DNA of 64,000 nt from Planctomycetota bacterium (GTDB taxonomy: Bacteria > Planctomycetota > B15-G4). The position numbers were made by a program, and so were the translations under genes. The stretch covers positions 102,872-166,871 of the forward strand of contig JBBQUR010000011.1 of the NCBI GenBank assembly GCA_038212275.1, read 5' to 3'. The notes under the pieces were generated by a model, which saw only the letters and a list, made by a program, of their open reading frames with translations, had not been told where the DNA came from and searched no databases. Shown piece after piece: positions 38,618 to 46,987 of the stretch (the stretch's first letter is position 1; each line of letters begins with the position of its first letter).

Positions 38618-40554
38618 GTCACCTCCGCATCCAGCTCGCCGACGGCCTGTGTGCAAGACGGGTAGCGCTGTCAATCTGCATGCTGGCATTTCACAGTTCG
38701 GTGTCGGCGCAGGTTCCCGAGCCCGATGACAGGAGCCCTCCTGGACTGGCACCACGGAATGATGGGCTCGGCTGGTCCACTTACTTCGGCGGGAGCCTTC
38801 AGGACGCGACTCAGGCAGTCGTTCGAGACATCGACGGTTCGCTCTTCGTGGCCGGGTGGTCCTTCTCGCCGGATCTTCCAGTCACTCCCGACGCCTACGA
38901 TGGGGTCTATGCAATTTCGGGAGCGTCCACGGAAGCAGACGCATTCATTGCGCACCTGAGTAATAGCGGTGAACTCCTGGCCTGCACATATCTCGGTGGT
39001 TCCAAGACCGAGTTCAAGCTCGATCTCGCGATCGCCCCCGACGGGTCCATTGTGTGTGCCGGTGTGACGACATCGCCAGACTTTCCAACGACGCCCGGTG
39101 CACTCGCTCCGTCTCAAGGCCTGCTGGGAGACTTTTTCATCAGTCATTTCACGCGAGACCTCGGAACTCTCCTGAACTCGACGGTCATCGGGGGAAGAGG
39201 ATTTGAGGGACCCGGGACTGACTCCGTCGACGTCGCGGTCGCCGCGAACGGCGACGTGATCCTCACGGGATTCACTATCTCAGCAGACATGCCGACCACA
39301 CTCGGGGCATACGACACGTCGTTCGGTGGCATCGGTGACTGCTGGATCGGCCGGCTATCCGGTGATCTGTCCTCGCTGATCTGGGGAAGCTTCCTCGGCG
39401 GCAGCGGCGAATGTGCGCCCAAGGCTCTGGCTATCGACGCCGACGGCACGCTGGTCGTCGCAGGCCGCGCCTTGGCTGCCGGATTCCCGCAGACTGTCGC
39501 GCCATGGCCGCTGGCGTTGAGCACCACCAATCAGCTCTTCATCGCGCGCTTCTCCGCCGATGGCAGCGAGTTGCTTCACAGCGGATTCATCATGAGCAAC
39601 TACGAGGTGATCCAAGCCCTCTGCATCGACTCCGCCGGACAGGTCTTCCTGGGCGGCGGGACGATATCTGACGCCTTTCCCGTCACGCCTGGCACCTACG
39701 ACACGACCCCCAACAGCCTCTTCATCGATGGTTTCATCCTGTGCCTCGCACCGGACCTCAACAGCATCGTGCGCTCCACCTTCGTCGGCGTGGCCACCAA
39801 CGCGGTGGAGGTGCTGGCCATCGACGCTTCCGGCTGCCCGACCTACGTCACCGTGACGACAAGCGGCGGCTTCGTGGGCACGCCCGGGGCATTGCTGCCC
39901 TCGCAGTTTCCCCCGCAGTGCAACACCTACATCGTCGGGCGGCTCGATCCGACCTTCGAGCACCTGCTTTACGCCACCTACCTCGGCGGCGAGTTCGATG
40001 AATCACCGGCGAGCGGCATCGCGGTAGGCCCGAAGGGTGAGCTGCTCTTCGCCGGCACGACGGACTCGATCAACTTCCCTGTCACTCGGGGAGCCTTTCA
40101 ACCAGAGTACGCGGGCGGCATACAGGACGTCACCGTCAGCAACCTCACGATGCTGCCCACCGGCGTGAAGGCCATCGGCGACTCCACGCCGGGCTGCCTC
40201 GGCCCGCTCGCAGCCGGCGCAACGAACTGGCCCTCGATCGACATGGCTCAGATCGGGCTGACCTGCACCGCTGCGCCACCTTTGAGCAGCCAGGGACTGC
40301 TGGCCATCTCCCTGCGTCCGCTGCAGACGCCGCTCATGGTGTCGGGTGTGGCGGTCTGGGTCGCGCCGCACGCCATGCTTGCCCTCGTGCCGGTGACCTC
40401 GGGCGAGACCGGCTTTGCACGGGAAGAACTCCGCATCCCTCAGAATCCGGCGAGCCTCGGCTTGCACGCGGCGGTGCAGTTTTTCTGGAAGGACGCGTGC
40501 GGACCCTCCGGCTTGTCGGCTTCGAATGCGCTTGAGATCACGATCCAACCCTGA
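38614..40554 (+). CDS. Secreted SBBP-like beta-propeller repeat protein with a C-terminal beta-rich domain
   Basis: Signal peptide; repeated STY(F/L)GGS and G.T.S.DFP.TPGA(Y/L)D units; ends GLSASNALEITIQP; ATG 38614 overlaps the oxidase stop (ATGA). Confidence 0.85.
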   Translation: MSHLRIQLADGLCARRVALSICMLAFHSSVSAQVPEPDDRSPPGLAPRNDGLGWSTYFGGSLQDATQAVVRDIDGSLFVAGWSFSPDLPVTPDAYDGVYAISGASTEADAFIAHLSNSGELLACTYLGGSKTEFKLDLAIAPDGSIVCAGVTTSPDFPTTPGALAPSQGLLGDFFISHFTRDLGTLLNSTVIGGRGFEGPGTDSVDVAVAANGDVILTGFTISADMPTTLGAYDTSFGGIGDCWIGRLSGDLSSLIWGSFLGGSGECAPKALAIDADGTLVVAGRALAAGFPQTVAPWPLALSTTNQLFIARFSADGSELLHSGFIMSNYEVIQALCIDSAGQVFLGGGTISDAFPVTPGTYDTTPNSLFIDGFILCLAPDLNSIVRSTFVGVATNAVEVLAIDASGCPTYVTVTTSGGFVGTPGALLPSQFPPQCNTYIVGRLDPTFEHLLYATYLGGEFDESPASGIAVGPKGELLFAGTTDSINFPVTRGAFQPEYAGGIQDVTVSNLTMLPTGVKAIGDSTPGCLGPLAAGATNWPSIDMAQIGLTCTAAPPLSSQGLLAISLRPLQTPLMVSGVAVWVAPHAMLALVPVTSGETGFAREELRIPQNPASLGLHAAVQFFWKDACGPSGLSASNALEITIQP

Positions 40555-40563
40555 GTCACGCCC

Positions 40564-42285
40564 TCAGGAGTCCTTGCACTCCTCAAGTTGCTGTGCAAGA
40601 GCCGCGACGACGGACTCGATGACGCCGCCGCGCGCTTCGGCTGGAGCCGCGTCCGGCGCTGCGGCCGTGACGAGCCCGTGCGTCACGAGCGCTGCCGCCG
40701 TCACGGCCCCGAGCGCGACGTGGCGCACACCCGGCTGCGGACCGGGATGCGTCCTGCACACCGCCGCGACGGCCGAGGGGCTGGCGTAAACGCGCGCATC
40801 GCAAGCGCCGAGCGGCGGCGCCGGCTGAGCGGGCGCCGTCCGGTAGACAACGAGCGTCTCCACGCGCGCGCCGTGCGCCAGCAGCACCTCGGTGAGCTCC
40901 GGCCGGCCGTCTGCCGCGCACGGGAACAGCACGCGCGTGCCGACGCCGACGGCCGAGCTCGCGACGAGCGCATCCGCCAGCGACCTCGCGCCCGCCTCGC
41001 CGACCACGGTCGCCGGATGCCCCGCGCGCCGCAGCGCCTCCGCCGTGGACGGCCCGACGGCCGCGATGCACACGCCCTCGGCCAGCGACAGTCCCTTGAG
41101 CTGCGCCGCGGAGCGCCGGCTCGTCAGCGTGATGACATCGCCTCGCACCAGCGACGCGACGGCCGCGGGAAGTCCCGGCGCCGGCACATCCTCGTGCACG
41201 AGGCACGCCTCGTGGCGCACCTGGGCGCCGAGCTGCGTGAGGCGCAGTCCCAGCCCCGAGCCGTGCGCATCGTCGGCGGACCCGGCGATGGCCACCGTCA
41301 GCCCGGCCAGCGGCCCGGCGCGCGTGGCCGCGCCGCATTCGAGCAGCGGCAGCACGGCGCGCACGGCCGACGCGGGCGTCTCGCCCTCGGCGACGGCCCA
41401 GCGCGCGCTGCTCCCCGCACGCGGATGGTCCGCGCCGAGAAAGGCATGCACGCGCCACGCGCTGCGCGGCGCGGCGTGCTCAGCGTGCGCGTCACCGGAG
41501 CCCTGCGTCGGCGCTGGATCGAGCCGCACGACGTGCGCGCCGAGCGGCAGACTGCAGCCGCCGCCCGCGAGCGAGAGCAGCGTGCGCTCCGCCTCGATGC
41601 GCGTCTCCGTGTCCGCGTCGTGCAGGCGTCGCACGAGCAGTTCGCGCAGCACGTCGTCGCCGCTGCGGATCTGCACGGCGAGCGCTCCCTGCGCCGGCGC
41701 AGGCACCATGAGCTCCGGCGGCAGGTCCGCGACCTGCAGGCCGCGCGTGTCGAGGCGCAGGCGCGCGATGCCGGCCGCGGCGAGCAGGATCGCGCCGTAG
41801 CGGCCCTCCTGCAGTCGGCGCACGCGCGTCGGCACGTTGCCGCGCAGGCCGGTCACGACGAGGTCGGGCCGCAGCGCGTGCAGCAGCGCCTCGCGGCGCG
41901 GCGAGGAGGTGCCCACGCTCGTGCCGTGCGCGAGAGGCAGGAAAAGCGCATCCGGCGCCCACGCCGACTCCGAGACGAGCAGCCGCTCCTGCGCGGGCCC
42001 ACGCGGCGGCACCGCGACGACCGCCAGCCCCGGCGGACTCTCCGTCGGCAGGTCCTTGTGACTGTGCACCGCGAGATCCACGTCACCGTCGAGCAGGGCG
42101 CGCTCGATCTCCGCCGTGAAGAAGGCCTTGCCGGCGACTTCGGTGAGCGGCCGGTCGTCGATGCGGTCGCCTTGCGTCTGCAGGATGACCAGCTCGACCT
42201 GCGCCTCGGGAGCTAGCAGCGCGGCGATGTGCCGCGCCTGCCAGAGCGCGAGGTCGCTGCCGCGCGTGCCGAGGCGCAACTTCAT
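40564..42285 (-). CDS. hemC: Hydroxymethylbilane synthase fused to a uroporphyrinogen-III synthase (HemD)-like domain
   Basis: LRLGTRGSDLALWQ, AVHSHKDLP, GTSSPRR, LRGNVPTR, PAPAQGAL, GGGCSLPLG; C-terminal AVGPSTAEAL, VYRT, ASPSAV, ALGAVTA are HemD-like. Confidence 0.93.
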   Translation of the reverse strand: MKLRLGTRGSDLALWQARHIAALLAPEAQVELVILQTQGDRIDDRPLTEVAGKAFFTAEIERALLDGDVDLAVHSHKDLPTESPPGLAVVAVPPRGPAQERLLVSESAWAPDALFLPLAHGTSVGTSSPRREALLHALRPDLVVTGLRGNVPTRVRRLQEGRYGAILLAAAGIARLRLDTRGLQVADLPPELMVPAPAQGALAVQIRSGDDVLRELLVRRLHDADTETRIEAERTLLSLAGGGCSLPLGAHVVRLDPAPTQGSGDAHAEHAAPRSAWRVHAFLGADHPRAGSSARWAVAEGETPASAVRAVLPLLECGAATRAGPLAGLTVAIAGSADDAHGSGLGLRLTQLGAQVRHEACLVHEDVPAPGLPAAVASLVRGDVITLTSRRSAAQLKGLSLAEGVCIAAVGPSTAEALRRAGHPATVVGEAGARSLADALVASSAVGVGTRVLFPCAADGRPELTEVLLAHGARVETLVVYRTAPAQPAPPLGACDARVYASPSAVAAVCRTHPGPQPGVRHVALGAVTAAALVTHGLVTAAAPDAAPAEARGGVIESVVAALAQQLEECKDS

Positions 42286-43736
42286 CGCGAGGACTCTCCT
42301 TCGGAAGGCGCGTGCCCCGCGGAGGGCGCATGCGCGGCCAGCAGGCCGTCCGCGAAACCGCCGCCATCCGGCCCGCTGCTGAGGTCCGCGGCGAGGCGCT
42401 TGAGCGCAGCGACGGGCAGGTGCATGAGCCGGCCGCAGGTGGCGCGGGCCCAGCGCTCGACCGCGCGTCGGTCCTCCTCGGACAGGTGGGCGAGGCGCCC
42501 CTGCAGCAGGCCCTGCAGCTCTCGCGCCACCAGCTCGTCGGCGCTGGCCTGCAGGTCCGTGACGATGTCGGACGCAGCGCGCTCGCCGAAGCGGCGGCAC
42601 CATGTGTCCACCTTGTGCTCCACGATGCCCTCGGCCAGCGCGGCGGCCTGCGCCCGCAGCGCGCGGCTCTTGTCCGCCTGGGCGCGCAGCGCGTCGAGGT
42701 CGACGATCTGCACGCGCGGGTCATCGCACGGCGAGAGGTCGCGCGGCACGGCCAGGTCGATGGCCAGCAGCGGCGCGCCCGACGGTGTGCGCGCGGCCAG
42801 CGCGGAGAGCGTGGCCGCATCGAGCACGAAGCCCGGCGCGGACGTGGCCGAGACGAGGGCGTCCAGCGCCACGTCTCCGCGGCGCAGTGCGTCGAGGTCC
42901 AGCGCGCGCGCCCCGCAGTCGGCCGCGACCGGCCGCGCGTGCGCCACGCTGCGGTTGGCGACGACGGCCGGTGGCATGCCCGCCGCGGCGAGCGCGCGCG
43001 CCATGAGCGCCCCCATCTCGCCGGCGCCCACGACGCCGACCCGCATGCCGGCGGCATCGGGCCGCTCGAGCAGCGCGTGCACCGCGAGATTCACGAGGCT
43101 CACCGGATGCCGCGCCAGCTCCGTCTCGCTGCGCACCTGCTTGCCCACAGCGAGCGCGTGGTGGAAGAGCGCGCCGAGCAGCGGCCCGACGAGCCCGATG
43201 TCGCTGGCCGCACCGTAGGCGGCGCGCACCTGCGCCAGGATCTGGTCCTCGCCGACGACGAGCGAATCCAGCGAAGAGGTCACGCGGAACAGGTGCCGCG
43301 CCGCATCGCGTCCGCGGCGCAGCAGCAGCAGCGCACGCAGCGCGTCGACTTCTGCGGGTTCCGCGGGCGCGGGGGACATGGCGGACACGGGCGCGGCACT
43401 CGCGTCGCGCGCGACCGGCGCGGCACTCGCGTCGCGCGCGACCGGCACGGCGCCCGCGTCGCGCATGACCGGCACTGCGCCCGCGTCGCGCGACCGGCAC
43501 AGCGAGCGCGCGAGCACGTCGAGGTCCTCCTCCGACGGCGGCTCACCCTCCTCGCGCGCGTAGATCACTTCGATGCGATTGCACGTCGCGAGAAAGACGA
43601 TCTCGGAAGCACCAAGATCGTCGGCCAGCTCGCGCAGGAAGGCGTCGGCCTGCCCAGGCGCAGGGCGACGCACGCGCTCAAGGCCCGAGACGTCCGTGCC
43701 GTGGATGGAGAGCCCTGCAACACCGATGCGGTCCAT
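42282..43736 (-). CDS. hemA: Glutamyl-tRNA reductase
   Basis: LATCNRIEV, HLFRVTSSLDSLVVGEDQILAQV, GKQVRSET, GAGEMG, ANRS, IDLAVPRD. Confidence 0.95.
   Translation of the reverse strand: MDRIGVAGLSIHGTDVSGLERVRRPAPGQADAFLRELADDLGASEIVFLATCNRIEVIYAREEGEPPSEEDLDVLARSLCRSRDAGAVPVMRDAGAVPVARDASAAPVARDASAAPVSAMSPAPAEPAEVDALRALLLLRRGRDAARHLFRVTSSLDSLVVGEDQILAQVRAAYGAASDIGLVGPLLGALFHHALAVGKQVRSETELARHPVSLVNLAVHALLERPDAAGMRVGVVGAGEMGALMARALAAAGMPPAVVANRSVAHARPVAADCGARALDLDALRRGDVALDALVSATSAPGFVLDAATLSALAARTPSGAPLLAIDLAVPRDLSPCDDPRVQIVDLDALRAQADKSRALRAQAAALAEGIVEHKVDTWCRRFGERAASDIVTDLQASADELVARELQGLLQGRLAHLSEEDRRAVERWARATCGRLMHLPVAALKRLAADLSSGPDGGGFADGLLAAHAPSAGHAPSEGESSR
43384..43491. repeat. In-frame 27-bp tandem repeat x4 inside hemA
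   Basis: Encodes RDAGAVPVM RDAGAVPVA RDASAAPVA RDASAAPVS. Confidence 0.9.
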
Positions 43737-43888
43737 GGTGCGCACAGTCTACGAAGCGAGTGCGCCCGAATGTCACCGCACTGTCACGAAGCCACGGCGA
43801 TTCTTCGCGGGGACTCGACGCCACCGTCCGACCGGACGCTTGCCGGACCGGACATGGCTCAGCGCCTCGCGCCTCGGCCCTTCATGCG

Positions 43889-45331
43889 TCAGGCGGGACA
43901 CGGCCTCTCGGCGAGGATCGCGGCCGCCTCTTCGCTGATGTCCTGCACCGCCGCATCGACATGGGCGGCGCGCGTGCGGAAGGAGAGCACGCAGACGCGG
44001 GCCAGGCGCCGGCCGTCCACCTGGCAGCCCGTGATCATCACGCGCTGGCGGGCGTTGACGCGGGCCAGCAGCTCGGCCGTGGCCGCGTTCTCCTGCTCGC
44101 GCGTGGCGCCCGGCCAGGTGAGATGGAAGGCGAAGAGCGACAGCTGCGGGGGCGCGTCCATGAGCAGGCCCGGCACCTGCGCCAGGCGCTCGGCCGCGGA
44201 GACCGCGAGCGCGCGCTTCTCCGCGATGGCGGCGCGGAAAGCCGTCGCCCCGTGCAGCTTCAGCGCCAGCCACACGCGCAGGCCGCGGAAGTCGCGCGAG
44301 AGTTCCGGGCCGTACTGGCTGCTGTCGTAGAACTCATCGCCGTCGGGCGTCGGCGGCAGGTAGTGCGCGGTGGCGGCGTGTGCCGCGCGCAGGGCCTCTC
44401 CGTCGCGCACGAGCAGCGCACCGGTGCCGTAGGGCAGGAAGAGGCCCTTGTGCGGATCGAGCGCGAGCGAGTCGGCGCGCGACAGCCCCGCGAGCAGAGG
44501 CCGCAGCTCCGGCACCGCGTGGAAGAAGGCGCCGTACGCGCCATCGACGTGATGCCACAGGCCTTCGCGCGCGCAGAGATCGGCGATGGCGTCGAGAGGA
44601 TCGACGGCGCCGGTGTTGGTGGTGCCCGCATTGCTCGCGACGCAGAACGGGAGCAGCCCCGCGGCGCGATCGGCGGCAATCGCCGTCGCCAGCGCATCGA
44701 CGCGCATGCGATAGCTGCCGTCCACCGCCACGCTGCGCACGCGGTCGGGCAGGATGCCGGCAAGCTTCGCCGCCTTGGCGATGCAGTGGTGCGCCTGCGT
44801 CGAGCAGTACAGCACGCCGTCGCGCAGCCGGGGACCGAGCAGCTTCTCGCGCGCGCTCACGAGGGCGCCGAAATTCGCGAGCGAGCCGCCGCTCGTCAGC
44901 AGGCCGCGCGCGGACGGCGGAAAGCCCATCCAGTCCGCGAACCACGCCAGCACGTTGGCTTCGAGCTGCACCAGCGCGGGCGCGGCCTGCCACACGCCGA
45001 CGTAGCGGTTGGTGGCGTCCGCGATGAGGTCCGCGAGCGCGGCGGCATACAGCCCTCCGCCCGGGATGAAGGCCAGGTAGCCGGGACCCGGCGTCGTGAA
45101 GGACTTGCCTACCCACGTGTCGAAGAAGGGATCGAGCAGCGTGGCCAGTTCCGCGCCATGCTCGGGAGCGCGGTCCTCGCGCAGCGCACGGCACAGCGCG
45201 GCCACGTCCGTGTCGCCGCAGGCCGGCTGCTCGTCGAGGCTGGCCAGGTGGCCGATGACGCGCTCGAGCGCCTCATGGCCCAGCGCGCGCATCTCTGCAG
45301 GCGAGAAGTCCAGGTTGGCGGCGTCGCTCAC
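43889..45331 (-). CDS. Group II PLP-dependent amino acid decarboxylase
   Basis: YLAFIPGGG, LTSGGSLAN, AGTTNTGAVDPL, HVDGAYG, DSLALDPHKGLFLPYGTG; GTG start overlaps the upstream stop (GTGA). Confidence 0.92.
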   Translation of the reverse strand: MSDAANLDFSPAEMRALGHEALERVIGHLASLDEQPACGDTDVAALCRALREDRAPEHGAELATLLDPFFDTWVGKSFTTPGPGYLAFIPGGGLYAAALADLIADATNRYVGVWQAAPALVQLEANVLAWFADWMGFPPSARGLLTSGGSLANFGALVSAREKLLGPRLRDGVLYCSTQAHHCIAKAAKLAGILPDRVRSVAVDGSYRMRVDALATAIAADRAAGLLPFCVASNAGTTNTGAVDPLDAIADLCAREGLWHHVDGAYGAFFHAVPELRPLLAGLSRADSLALDPHKGLFLPYGTGALLVRDGEALRAAHAATAHYLPPTPDGDEFYDSSQYGPELSRDFRGLRVWLALKLHGATAFRAAIAEKRALAVSAAERLAQVPGLLMDAPPQLSLFAFHLTWPGATREQENAATAELLARVNARQRVMITGCQVDGRRLARVCVLSFRTRAAHVDAAVQDISEEAAAILAERPCPA

Positions 45332-46896
45332 TGAGCCCACGCGGCGTCGAAGGCGGCGACCACCTTGGCGCGCGGCGCCGCATCCTTGGGGTAGGTCTTG
45401 CTCGTCTTCAATGCGGCGTGCATGGCGCGATCCAGCGCGTCGGAGAGCAGCGCCCACTCCGCGTGCTGCTCGTAGTGTTCCGCCGTGAGGATCAGATTGA
45501 AGATCTTCCCGCGTGCCTCGCCGTCGAAGTCCGGGTGTTCGTAGAGCCATGCACCGGCGTCGCGGTGATCGGCGACATCGAGCACGCCGTCCGCTCCCAG
45601 CGCCGACAACTGCTGCGCGAGCTCCGGATGTCCGATGGTCACGAGCTTGGTGCGCAGCGGCATGCCCGCCAGCACCTCCACGCTGTCCAGCCCGCCGAGC
45701 GCCCGCACGAACATCTCGGGCAGCGGGTCCGAGTCGAACATGCCGTTGGTCTGCTGCGTCGGGACGCGATCCAGCGCGGCCAGCAGCGCCGCGCCCGACT
45801 GCGGCTGCAGGCTCAGCAGCACGTGCATGAGGCAGCGCGCGTAGGCGCGATCGCGCGGGAGGAAGCTCTCGTGATCCGCCATGAAGCGGAAGCTCACGGG
45901 GTCGGAGACATCCAGATCCGCGACGAGATTGTCCCAGTGGCGCGTCGGGCTGTTGGCGCGGTGCTGCCAGCTGTCGCCGGTCTTGCGCACCTTTGTCGCG
46001 AGATCGGCCGGCGGACCCGTCACCGGTGGCGGCGGCAGGCTGCCCTCAGGCACGAAGCCGGACCATCCCGGTCGATACCAGCCCTCGGTCTCGGTGGCGT
46101 ACCAGTCGCCGCCCACCCAGGCCTCGCCGTACGCGGCGATGTCGAACTCGTCCATCAGGCCCTGGTCGAACCACGGCGGCACGAGCCCCCAGCTTCCGAG
46201 CCGCAGCAACCGGAAGACGAGGTGTGCGATCTCGTAGTAGCCGAGACCGTGTTTGAGGAAGGCGTCGCCCTGAGCGGTGGCCTCGGGGTGCGCGAGATTC
46301 ACGAGCTGCACGCGCCAGGTGCGCACGACGACCGAGCTGCGCTGGCCTTCGGTCCAGAGCGTGCCGTTGTCCCTGGTCCAGTCGCCGCCGTCACACCAGT
46401 CGAGCAGCGCGATGAGCTGGTCGAAGCCGGTCTGCTTCTTTGCCGGGTCCGACGAGGCGAGCACGATCGGGAAGCGCTGCCCCGCGATGAGCCCGTGGCC
46501 GCTGGCAAAGCGCTGCGAAAGGAGTTGCCCGAGCGGCGTGAGGCCCTTCACCGCGAGATCGAGCACGCGCAGCGCGGCGGGCTGCTGCGCCAGCGCGTCG
46601 GCCTTGTAGACGTACAGGTCCAGCGGGCCGACGGCGGCGTGCAGAAAGGCGGGCGAGGCCAGCGTGTCGGCCAGCAGCGTCGCGTCGCCGGGAGGCGCCA
46701 TGCCGCCGTCGTCGAAACCGAACTCACCGGGGAACGCGAGCTCGAGGATCGCCATGAGCGCGCGCTCGGAGTCCTTGTCGGCGGACGTGGACGCCAACGC
46801 GGACGAGCACGCCAGCGCGGACGCGGACGCGGCGGGCATCCACACCAGCAGCGCGACGGCTGCGATCCACGGAGCGACGAGGAGCGAGGGCTTCAC
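45328..46896 (-). CDS. Secreted protein of unknown function, paralog 2 of 3
   Basis: Signal-like N-terminus from GTG 46896 (GGAGA upstream); same motif set as the genes at 28599 and 52493. Confidence 0.86.
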   Translation of the reverse strand: MKPSLLVAPWIAAVALLVWMPAASASALACSSALASTSADKDSERALMAILELAFPGEFGFDDGGMAPPGDATLLADTLASPAFLHAAVGPLDLYVYKADALAQQPAALRVLDLAVKGLTPLGQLLSQRFASGHGLIAGQRFPIVLASSDPAKKQTGFDQLIALLDWCDGGDWTRDNGTLWTEGQRSSVVVRTWRVQLVNLAHPEATAQGDAFLKHGLGYYEIAHLVFRLLRLGSWGLVPPWFDQGLMDEFDIAAYGEAWVGGDWYATETEGWYRPGWSGFVPEGSLPPPPVTGPPADLATKVRKTGDSWQHRANSPTRHWDNLVADLDVSDPVSFRFMADHESFLPRDRAYARCLMHVLLSLQPQSGAALLAALDRVPTQQTNGMFDSDPLPEMFVRALGGLDSVEVLAGMPLRTKLVTIGHPELAQQLSALGADGVLDVADHRDAGAWLYEHPDFDGEARGKIFNLILTAEHYEQHAEWALLSDALDRAMHAALKTSKTYPKDAAPRAKVVAAFDAAWAQ

Positions 46897-46987
46897 GGGG
46901 AGTCTTCTCCGGGACGCGGTCGGAAGCCGGGCATGATAGCTCCTGCGGCGCGAGGCTCGCCCGCGGGCCGGGCGCGGGGCGCTGCCG

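Noticed and set aside
36420..40560. Prophage, IS or integron as carrier of the lower-GC insert
   Set aside because: No integrase, transposase, terminal inverted repeats, attC-like sites or target duplication visible.
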